Assembly: GCA_004431415.1 (NCBI GenBank)
Contig: QPMI01000039.1
Location: forward strand, 186,001 to 250,000
Length of the DNA: 64,000 bases
Source of the DNA: Cyanophora paradoxa CCMP329
Taxonomy: Eukaryota; Plantae; Glaucophyta
Reading direction: 5' to 3'
The notes below the pieces were generated by a model. That model did not search any database and was not told the origin of the DNA. It saw only the letters and a list, made by a program, of their open reading frames with translations. Positions 36,477 to 47,200 of this stretch are shown here, piece after piece. The translations under genes were made by a program, and so were the position numbers. Position 1 is the first letter of the stretch. The number at the start of each line of letters is the position of its first letter.

Positions 36477-39400
36477 TCAGAAGTCGAGTTCGCCGATGTG
36501 TGGCTCGGCGGCGGCGGCGGCCGCGACCCCGGGTTTGAGCTCGCCCGCGGCGGTGGTTTTAGAGCCCAGCACGGGCGAGACGCAGGTGGCGGCGGGGACC
36601 CCGGCGCGGACCGGCGAGATCGACCCGGGCCGCGCCCGGCTGAACCCCGCCGCGGGGGGCGAAACCGGACTAACGGCGCCCGAGGCCCCCGGGGGCGACT
36701 TGGGGGGCCTTGGGGGGGAGGAGGAGGAGGAGGCGGAGTGCCGGGTAGGGGCGGGGGCGGGAGCGGGGGCGGGGGCGGGGGCGGGGGCGGGGCCCTCGGG
36801 CCGGGAAGGGGAGCCGCCGCCTCGCGGCTCGAGCGAGCGGAGGAGCCCCTCCAGGTCGGGTACCCCCAGTGCAGCCGCGTCCTTGCGAACGAAGGCCCGG
36901 ACCTGGTGGGGGTACGTTAACGTTTGGTGGGGGTACGTGATTTGCGGTCGGGGGAGGAAGTTACCGATCCCTCGAGGGAGGGCTCTCCGGGGGCCTTCCG
37001 GAAATAGATCTGCGGCGGAGGCGGGATTTCAGATCTAGAGGTCTCGGTCGCTGAGGAGGCGCCTTCGCCAGGGTTCCAGCGCACCGTCGTGTGCGCCACG
37101 CCGACCGTTGCGCCGAATGACGACCTGAGTAAGGGCGAGGTCAGCGCGAGAGCAGCGCGTACCCCCGCAGAGGCCGCGGACCGCAGGAAGCTCGAGAGTG
37201 CATTGGTACCCCCCTGGAACTCCTCCCCCCAGCGGAGCCGGTAAGCATCGACAAGGCGATCCGTCGGAACGGACGACTGCCCCTCTCGCTCAGCCACGTC
37301 CTGCCCCTCCCAACGGTCAGATCTGAGCGGGGCGGGGGCGGGGGTACAGGAAAGGGACGCGCGACGAGGGCGGCCGCGACGCGGGCGAAGGAGGGGCCGT
37401 CCCGCTCTGGCCCCTTCGAATTCCGCCGCGGGCTCTGATCGCGGCTGCGATCGCGGCTGCGGCTGCGGCTGCGGCTGCGGCTGCCCCGGGACCGCCGCTC
37501 GCCCCTCCGGTCCTCCCGGCCCGACGAGCCCGACCTGAGGGGGGCGTGAGTCACGCCGCGGCCCCCCGGGGGTACGCGGGCCCGGCAGACCTCGACTCCC
37601 GCAGCTCGCGCTGCCGCCGGAGCTCCGAGAGGGTCCGCGGGCCCGGGGGCGAGCCGCCCCTGCGCCGGGCGCGGAGTCAGTTGTATTTCATCCTCAAGGC
37701 AGTGGGGCGGGGCGAGGGCAGCACCTGGAGCCTGGCCGGCCGCGCGGCGGGCTGCGGCTGCGGTCGCGGTCAGAGGGGGCGGGGGCGGGAGTCGGGGCGG
37801 GCGCGGGGCTCGGCTCGCCTGCCGCCCAGGCTCCCTCTGGGGCCGTCCCTCGAGACCGGCCCACGCCGCGGGCTCCGGCTGCGGCTGCGGCTCCGGCTGC
37901 GGCCGCGGGGCCCGGACCACGGGGCGCCCCGCCCCTGCCCCGGCCCACGGCGTGACGCGGTCTCTCCTCCCGTGGAAGACGGGGCTCGGGCTGCGGCGCC
38001 CTCCCGAGCGCCGCGGGCTCGCGCTGCGGCGCCCGCCCGACCGCCGCGGGCTGTGGCTCGTGCGCGTCAGCGGCAGCGCGAGCAGCAACGAGATTACCGA
38101 GCATGGCCGCACCTCGGCGGCGGGCTGCGGCTCCGGCGCCCGCCGGGCGCCGCCTCCTTGCCCTTCTCCTGCTCCTTTCCCTTCTCCGCGCCCTGCACGG
38201 CCTCCCCGGGCGACCCCTGCTCGGTCTCAACGCGGCGGGCGGCCTCGCGGAGGGCGGCGAGGTCGTCGTCGAGGGCCCCGGGCCCCCCCGCCAGCGCCAC
38301 CGCCGGCTGCCCCTGCGCCCCCGCCTCAGCCGCCCCGCCCCGTCGAAGCCGCGGCCGTCGCTGGGAGAGGGGCGGGCGGGCCTTGGCGAAGGAGACACGG
38401 ACGGAGGTGGGGAAGAGGAACTGGAGGAGGCTCGCCAGCGAGGCCGGGTCTCCCGGGCACTTCGCCCCTGCCCCCGCCCCGGCCCTCAGCGGCCAAGGAA
38501 GGCGGGCGGCGGGGGGCTGGCGGCGGGGCGGACCTTTGAAGGCGACGGCGGCTCGCAGGGCCGGCGTCACGTGCTCCTGCGGCGAGCTCGGAAGGCCGCT
38601 TCGAGAGAAGGGGGGTACTCTATACGGTACGGGGCGGACCTTGAAGGGCTTGAAGCGGGAGCCGAGCTCTTGCCCCACGAGCGCCGCCGTGACGCCCTGC
38701 GCCGTACACGTACCCCCCTCCTCGTGAGCGGGCGCGCCCGCCGGGGCCGGAAGCCGAGGCGCGGGCGCACGGCGCCGGGCTTCATCTTGGGGGCGAGGGC
38801 GCGGAGGACGGCGGCGAGGTTCTCGGCGAGGGGCAGCGCGTCCTGCGGCACCCGGCTCCAGTCCGGCACCGGCGGCGCGGCGGGCGGCGTAGGCGGCGCC
38901 GCGGGCTCCTCCGCGAACGCCTCGACTGCGGGCGAGTCACGGGCCGCGCGGAGCGGGGCGCGGAGCGGCGGAGAGTCGCGCACTGGGCGGGGGAGGCGGC
39001 TGCTTCTTGCGGGGCGGAGGGGCGAGCGGGGCGCGCCGGGCACGGCCTGCGACCCGGCGGCGCGGGCGCTGGGTACGGGTTGGGGGGCGGGGGAGATGGG
39101 GAGCTCGGGGAGGACGGGCGGGGGCGCGCTGGGGTACGCGCCCGGCCCCATCTGGGCCGAGGAAGAGGCGGCGAAGGCGGGGGCGGAGGAGGCGGGCCCG
39201 GGGGCTGCGGGCTCCGGGGCGCGCGAGGGGGGCGGGTTGGCGGCCAGCAGGGCGCTGAACGAGGAGAAGGCGATGCGGTTGGGTAGGATGGGGGGTACGG
39301 CCTTCGCCTCGCCCGCGGGGGGTACGGCTGAAGCGGCCGAGGACGGGGCGGCCGAGTGGTGGGAGGGGTGCGCGGTGGGCGCGTCGGGCGGCGGGTGCGA

Positions 39401-42400
39401 GGCGGCGGGGGCGGGGGCGGCCGGGGCGGGGGCGGAGAGGGCGAGGAGGGGGCCGGCGGGGGTGCGCGGGGTGGCGGGGCCCGACCCCGAGAGCTGCGAG
39501 GAGGTCTCGCTGCCGGGTACGTGAGCTTAGAGCTTTTACGGGGGGGGGGGGGGGGGGACCTCGGGTCGCAGTCGGAGGCGGCGGAGGTGTGGGAGGCGGC
39601 GGAGGCGGCGGCGGAGCGGCGGCTGCGCCCCGCGTGGTGGTGCGCCGCCGAGCTGCGCTTCTCGAGCTCCTCCGGCACGCTCTCGTACTGCGGGGCCAAG
39701 GTAAGCGGGCGGCGCCCGGCGGCGCTCGCTCGGGGCGAGGCGAGGCGCCTCTTTCTTTCGTATACGAATTAACAGCTCGGCAGGATGTGTTATGTACATG
39801 ATAAGTCGTGATAAGACGGGGCGAGATGGATGGCCTAAAATGTCCTTCGAAGGCGTATCTTAGAGGCGACTAAGATGGAGGGGCGGGCGGGCCTTCTTGA
39901 TGATGAAGATGAAGACACTAAGATGCTATCAAGGACGGAATTCGAAAGAGGGGCGATAAGGATAAGGGGCGTTATTATATACGTTTAGGATGGCCTAAAA
40001 TGTCTTTCGAAGGCGTGTTTAAAAGGCGACTTAGATAAAGAGACGGGCGGGCCTTCTTGTAGACGCGGTGGACGTGCTTGTTGGAGGCGAAGACGAGGTA
40101 GAAGGGGGCGTCGTAGAGGCTCGCCCCCTCCGGCACCTCCAGCCGCCGCATCAGCGCCGAGTCCTGCGCAGGGGTGAGGAGGGGGAGGGAGGGAGGGAGG
40201 AGACGGAGCGGGGCGGTACCCATTTGAGGAAGGCGCGGGAGGGGATGAGGAAGGAGCGCAGGTCGGGCTCGGCCGCCTCGTCCGCCCCCGAGCTCCGCCC
40301 CTGCCCGCCCCGCCCGGCCCCCTTAGCCCGCGGACTGCGGGACCGGCGGGGCGGGCGGCGGGGCGGACGCGGGCGTAGAGGACGAGGCGGGCGGCCTGCG
40401 CCTGCGCCTGCGCCGCGTCGCCGCCCTTCGCCTGCGCGGCGCTGGCGCACTGCACCGCCTCAGGCGGCGCCGGGCGGGCGAGGGCGGGGCGGGGCGGACG
40501 ACGGAGCGGTGGAAGGCGGCGAGGCGGGCGGCCTTCTCGTCGGCGGGGAACGCCTCCCGCACCCCGTACGCCGCCAGCAGCTGCCCCGCCCGTCGGCCCC
40601 GGCGCCGGGCGGGGCGGGGCAGCCGGGCGGGGCGGGGCGGGGACCTTGTGCTCCTCGGCAAGCTCCTCGAGCATGCGGAGCGCCACGTCGCCGTCCATCG
40701 CCTTCGTCACGCTGAACACGTCCCGCGGCCTGCCGCGTTGGCGCCGCCCGTCAGGGCGAGTGGGCAGTTGTCGTTTATCGGGCAGCGCACGGGGCGTCGT
40801 TGGCATAGTACGTGAACGGCCATGCGTTCCTGCCGTGCGTGTTTGTCAGAAACGCCGATGATCTTGAAGAGCGAAGTTCGGAGGCGCCTGAGGGTGACGT
40901 CGATGGGCTTGCCGTGCGGCGCCGCCTTCTTGTCCGCCCCGGGCGCGTGCTTCACCTTCTCCGAGAACTGTCGGCCGGGCAGCCGCGTCAGAGGCTGCGG
41001 GCCGGGTGGCAGGGGGCGCGAAACGGACCCGGAGCCCGCCCGTCCAGTTGTCGTGCTTCTTCGACGGGTTGGCGAGAGTCGTGGGGGCGGGCGCGGCATT
41101 GAGAGACGCAGACGGATGCTGGACGGAAGCGCCGCTCGTTGCCAGCCTGACGCGGGGAACTGTTTAAGGGTGCGTGCAAGAGGAATTAGTCGGATGTCGA
41201 GCGGGCGCGCACTGGGCTAGCAAGGCCTGCAGCGGGTCCTGCGTCTGCGTCTGCGGTCCCTGGTTGGGACGGGACTGGGACAGGATGCTTTCGACTGTGG
41301 AGACCAGCCCCGAGTCGGGGAGGCCTGCGTTCCTGGCGGCGCCCAAGATCCCCTGCAGCAGTCCCGGATCGATGCCCCGGGCCGAGGCAGGGGCGGACGA
41401 GGTCGCCGAGGCACCCGTCGGCGTCTGCGGAAGCTCGTCATCTCGAGAGACGCGATTTTTCGTGGGACGGACCCGCGCAGCCGGGGCGGCGAAGGCGCGA
41501 TCCATGGGCGACGAGCCGGGGGAGTACTGCGGCGTGGACGCGGCGGAGTAGGGCGTGTGCGCCGAAGGCGCCTGCGGCTGGAGAGGGCCGGTCTCGATCT
41601 CGAGGCCCCTTACCCTCGGGTCCCGCATCGCCGCCGCCCGCGGGTCCCGCTGCTGTTGCTGCCAGGAGCCCGCGGCCGCCGCCTGCTGCTGCTGCGGCCA
41701 GGCGCCCCCTGGTGGTTGTTGTTGTTGTTGCTGCTGCTGCCAATTTCCCGTCCCCGCCGCCTGTTGCTGTTGCCAGGAGCCCGCCGCCTGTTGCTGTTGT
41801 TGTTGGTGCTGCCAAGAACTCGAATGCTGTTGCTGCTGCTGCTGATGCTGCTGCCAGGTGCTCGCCGGTTGCTGGGACTGATGGTGCCACGGCGGCGCCG
41901 CCTGCCTCGGCAGGGGCGCTGTTTGGTCCTGCGGTGGAAAAGGAGGTGCCGGAGGATGTGCGGACTGCACTTGTCCGCCAGAAAGTCGGCGCCCACCGTC
42001 CTCCGGCCCTTCTGCCGGCCCTTCGCCGAACGACGGCCGCCCGCGGTCCGCTGGTGCGAGAGGCCCCGTCCTTCGAATGCCACTCTTCAGATGGTCCTGC
42101 CACGTCTTGCGGACTGGCGGTTGCGGCATTATATCTTGCTCCTGCACGCCGCGTCATTGTGGGCCGTCGACGGTGCGTTGCCAGCAAGTGCAGGCAGACA
42201 ACGTACCGCTGCTGCGCGTTTAATCCCTTGCGGCTTCCAGTTGTCGGAGGCGTATCTGACAAACCAAAGCAAGGTAAATAAATTAAACACGTGCACGAAG
42301 CAACAGTAGAATCCACGGCCTCCGCCAAACGCACTTGGGCCTCCAAGCCGGAGGCTCGGAGCTAGAAACCCACCCCGCGCTCCGCTTCGTTTCATCGTCC

Positions 42401-43973
42401 TGCAAACTCATTTGATAAGTACCGTGGCGCGAAATATAATAGGATTCGTATTCCTCGCCGTTTACCTTCCACCGCTCATCGTCGAAGAGCTGCTGGCTCT
42501 GGTACTCCGCCGCCTTGCGCTCCTCCAGCTTGGCTTCTGTAGGAGGGGGGGACTCGCCGCCCCCGGGAGACTGTCGCCCCGACTCGTCCTTGATTGACGG
42601 CGCCGAGGGAGGCGACTCTCGGCCTGCCAATGAGGAGGAAGGGGGGGAAGGGGCCGCCGCCTGCTCCTGCGACGGCGCTGAGGCCGGCGGGGACGGCGCG
42701 GAGGCGGGCGCCGCCGAGGAGAGGGACCGCGCCCGCTTGGGGAGCAGCCGCGAGGTGGTACCGGTGGGCAGCGGCGCCGGGGCGGGGGCCGGGGCCGGAG
42801 CCGGCGCGGGGGGCGCCTCCTGGGCGGGCGGCGCCTCCGGGGCGGGCGGCGCCTCCGGGGCAGGCGGCAATGGCGGGGCGGCCGGGGGCTGCGCCTGCGG
42901 CAGGCTCGCTGGGGCCTTTTCTTCGTGCTCCTCCTCCTCCTCCTCATCTTCTTCATCGTCCAAATCTATCACTCGCTTCCCCGCTGCCGGCGGGGGCGCC
43001 GGCTCTCCGTTCTGGTCAGATGCTCGCTTCAACACCGCCGGAGGCTGGTCCGAGTCGCCCTGCGCCGAAACGTAAGCTAATCGGTGCATTTGGCTTACGG
43101 ATGCGCGTGAGCCCACATGCCTTGGGCTTCCTTGGCGCTGCGCTCTTCTTTGGCTTCTTTGCAGGGCTGGATGCCACCCCGGCGCCCGAAGCTTTCTTGG
43201 CATCCTTGTCTCCAGCCGGCGCGGCCTTGCGCTGGGACGACGTCGATCGACGAAAATGACAGAAGTCCATTCCAGAGTCTCACCTTTCGCTCCTTCTGTG
43301 CCGCAGGAGCGGATTCCGCGCTCGCGGAATCTGCCGAAGGGCTTGCCGTAGAATTCGACTGCGCGGGCTCATGGGCGGGCTTTGTGGTGCTCCGACGAGG
43401 TCGTGCGCCATTGAACCACTCGTTGTCGATGATTTTGCTGCGGGTTGCGGGCCGAAGGCACGCCGGCGGCCGCTGTAAGCTCGACAGGCGAGTTGCAAGC
43501 TCGAGAACGAGGGCGCACCCGTCCACCAGCGTCTTGACGCGTTTGTAGACGATATCTCCATCAACAAGCACCGCATTGATGATCTTGTCCGAGTCCAGAT
43601 CGGTCTGTTCGTCGCGAGACGTCGACAATTCGATGAGCTGTGAACGCGGCAGTCGACGAGCGCGCCGAACGCACCACGACCTTCCTCGCGTAGCCTTCAG
43701 CGACATCAACGCCGGATCGTTGCAGCTGCGCGTGAGCGGCCTCAGGCTAGCGCGCTGCGGCGCTCAATCGGTGCCAGGCGGGATGCGCAACCTCTGCGAT
43801 GATTTCGTCTAGCGTGAGGCCCTGCAACCGTGCGACGTGCGTGCATGCGTCAGCTTTCGCGTCCGGTCGTCGCCGTCGCGGGGTCCGGCCGGCTCGCGAA
43901 CCTGGTCCGGTAGCCGATTGCATATCTCAACTATCGCGGACTTCTTGCCCTCGCCCTTCCCCTTGGGCGGCAT
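36477..43973 (-). CDS. Paralog A: wHTH-like / SIM / Q-W-rich / SPOC-like / Pro-rich / RS / LOTUS(OST-HTH)-like protein
   Basis: MPPKGKGEGKKSAIVEICNRLPDQ; GLTLDEIIAEV; IVYKR; KRVIDLDDEED; RDPR x2; HDNWTGGLR...VFSVTKAMDGDVALRMLEEL...RLAAFHRSVV...RLVLYARV...DLRSFLIP...FYLVFA; SRSRSRSRSRDRSR; FARVAAAL..VPTDRLVDAYRLRWGEEFQGGTNALSSFL; ends HIGELDF*. Confidence 0.7.
39828..40059. repeat. Intronic ~70-bp duplication that includes the exon/intron junction
   Basis: ggatggcctaaaatgtc.ttcgaaggcgt...gggcgggccttcttg occurs at ~39828-39899 and ~39988-40059. Confidence 0.8.
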
Positions 43974-44224
43974 GCCGATCGTGTCGACGGTGCTTACGCG
44001 TCTTCACGACCGATATCCCGTACCCGGATCGCGGGGTCAAGTCCCGGCCAACATTCTAGACGGCCCGCTCCCGAGCTCTGGTCGACCTCATTCAAAGCTT
44101 GTTGTAGCTAAAGGAGCGCGCCCGGTCGCCGGGGGCGACGGCCGGCCGAACAGCGCGTGGAACGCCGAGTGGCGCGCTTCGGATTCGTCACACCGAGACG
44201 CCTTGAGCTACAGCTAGCTGGAGC

Positions 44225-47200
44225 ATGAAGGAGTCGATTTCTCTGGTCAAGCGCGCGCGGGAGCTCTGCCGCACTCTGCCACACGAGGTGAACGCTTACT
44301 TCGAGTGCGCTGATCGCTGCTGACCTGCTATCAGGGCTGGACAGTCTCTCAAATCGCTAGAAAGGTCCGCTGATTGCTAATTCACGCCCCCGCGCGCGCG
44401 AGACCTGCAGAATTCGCCGTCCTGTCAAGTACTGATCGGCGCGGGGCAGCTCGGCGAGCTGCGTGGATTTAAAATCAAGGACCATTCCTACCTTCGACAG
44501 ATTCTGGTGTGTCTGGAACACCCCGCGCTAGCTCCGCTCTGCATGCGCTCACTGGCTCGTAGAGGAGCAAGGCATGCGCGGAGGTTGCTGAGGAGATCAC
44601 CGGTACCGGGGGTGACTCCATCCGGTACCGTTCGCGCAGCTCCGGCGGAAGCGAGAGCACGGGGGAGTCCGGCAAGGTGCCCCGTAGCCGCTCGCTAGCG
44701 CTGGGCCGCGCTTGACGCTGAGTGCTCCCGTCGGGCTCCCGGCAGCGCAAGGAGGCGCCCCCTCCGCAGCGGAGGGCCGCCAAGCGAGCCAAGGGCGGCG
44801 CCGGCGGCTCGGGAGGCTCCCCCGCCGCGCCCAAGGCGAGTCCGCGCCCGTGCCGGCGCCCCGCCGGCTGACGCGACGCGGGGCGGCAGGCGCGGCAGCC
44901 GGCGGCGTCGTCCTCCTCCTCCTCCTCGGCTATGGTAGACCCGGACGAAGAGGAGGACGGCGACGAGGAGGAGGAGGGAGGGGACAAGGGCGTCGCCGAG
45001 GACGAGGAGGACGAGGAGGAGGAGGAGGAGGAGGAGGAGGCGGCGGGTGTCGTGGAGGAGGAGGAGGAGAGCGACGGCGGCGGCAGCGACGGCGGCGAAG
45101 GGGCGGAGGACGGAGAGGCCGAAGGTGGCGGCGGAGGCGAAGGCGGAGGCGGCGGGGCGGAGGAGGCGATGAAAGAGGAGGACGGGACGGGGGCGGGGGC
45201 GGGCCCGCCGCGCCGGCGGCCCCTGCCCCTGTCCTGCAGGGGCCCTCGCCGCCTTCCGAGCCGGCCCGGCCGCCGGCGCCAGCGCCTTCCCCGCAAGCCT
45301 TGGCCGCCGCGCCGGCCGCCTTTGAGCGCCCGATTCGGGGCTTCCTGCCCACCCGCAGCAGGATCGTCGCCCCCCCGTCCTGCCCTCGCCGCCCCGGCGG
45401 CCTCCTCGGCCCCGCCCCAGCCGCTCGCCGCGATCAAGAAGGAGGAGGGCGGGGGGCGCGCCGCGCCGCCGCCGCCCCGGCCGCGGCGCCGGATTCTCCG
45501 GCACCGCGGGCCGGGGCGAAGGCGCCGGCATCCCCGGCGCCGCGGGCGGGGACGGAGGCGCCGCCGACAGTGAAGAAGGAGTCCACACCAGAGGCCGGCG
45601 GCCGGGGTCGGACGGCGGGCGGGGGCCCGAGCGGTGGCACGTGCGCGCCGCCCTTGCGCCCCGCCCTCCAACGGTCCTTTGAAGGCCGGCTGAAGCCTGC
45701 GCAGGACCCAGAGTTCAAGGAGGCCGCGGGGTGGGTCATGGGGAACCCGCGCGGCCGCGGCCGCGGCAACGGCCGCGGCGGCAGCGGCGGCGGCGGCAGC
45801 GGCGGCGGAGGCGGCCGGGGGCGCGGTGGCGGCGGCGACGGCGGCGGACGTGGGCGCGGTGGCGGCAGCGGCGGCAGCAATGGCGGCGGCGGTGGCGCGG
45901 CGCGAGGAGCGCGCTCGCCGGAGCCATCGCCGCGCGGGGCGGCCGAGCGGCGCAGCGGGCCCGGCGGGGACCGGGGCGGCGGCGGGGACAGCAGGGACAG
46001 CAGCGTCGAGCGCAAGGGCAGGGACGGGCCTCGCAGGGCCGCGGGGGATACCCCGATGAGGAACCTCGCCCCGGGCCAGCCAGCCTCGGGGCATCCCCCG
46101 GGGCCGCCCCAACCAGAGGCGCAGCAGCGGCCAGCGCGAAACCTGCCGCCGGCGGCGACGGCGACGGCGCCAGCCGAAGATTGGCGTCGGTACTTTGAGC
46201 ATCTGGCGGAGAAGGGGGCGTCAGGGACGGTGGCCGCGGGCGACGCCGGAGTCAGCGAGCTCGTACGGGGCCCGCTGGACCCCCGCAGGGCGCCCCGGGG
46301 GCCGGAGGCGGATGCGGCCGGCCCCGGCTCGGCCCCCCCCACCCCGGCTTTCTTGGCCTCGGGGTCGAACGCCGTACCCCTCCCACCCCGCCGCCCCTCC
46401 GACGGCGGCCTTGTTCCTGGTACCCTCGACCTGCTCCTCCCCCTCCCCGGAGCGCCTCCCGCCGGTTTCAGTACCCCCGGCCCCTCCCCTCCGCCAGCCG
46501 CCGCCGCAGCACCGGCCATCTACACGCCGCCGGCCAGCCTCAGCCCCGCCCCTCGCCCCTTCCGCACGCCCGTCGTCCCCGCCGTCGCACCCTCCGACCC
46601 CCCAGCTGCTTCGTGCGTACCCGTCTGGGCTTTCCCCCCCTCCCGCACCGCTGACTGTCGGCGTTCCCGCCCAGGTCCCCGAGCGCCGTACCCCCTCCTC
46701 CACTTCCTCCCCCGGGCCCGACCCACGACGAGTGGACGGGAGGCCTTTGGGTCTGCTCCCGCCCCGCCCCGCCCCGCCCCGCCCTGGCCCCGCGCGTCAC
46801 CCCCCCTGATTGGGAACGCGCGCAGTATGACAGCAAGAAGCTATCGATCACGCTAAAGTGAGTGAGATCTGCCGGCTCTAAGACTTCAAAGCCTTCCTCT
46901 CAGCATTCGGCGCAGGAACGCGTGGCCCTTTGCTGGATTCCGCGGCGGGAAGCCGTGCGCCATACCCCGCCGCCTCGGCGCGTTTCGTGTCGTTCCCCGT
47001 CCTGATCGAACCGTACCCGGCGCAGGCCGCGGGACGTTTTCCTGGTAGAGCACGCGTGGGCGGCGCGCGGCACCCTCGAGCTCCTCGACACCCTCGCCGC
47101 CGAGAACAAGGCGCGAGAGCGGGGGCGCCCCTCGTAGCTTTGCGTCCGCTGAGACGTGGGGTACAGCTGCTGGCCGCGTACGGGGTACGGGAGGCGTTCC

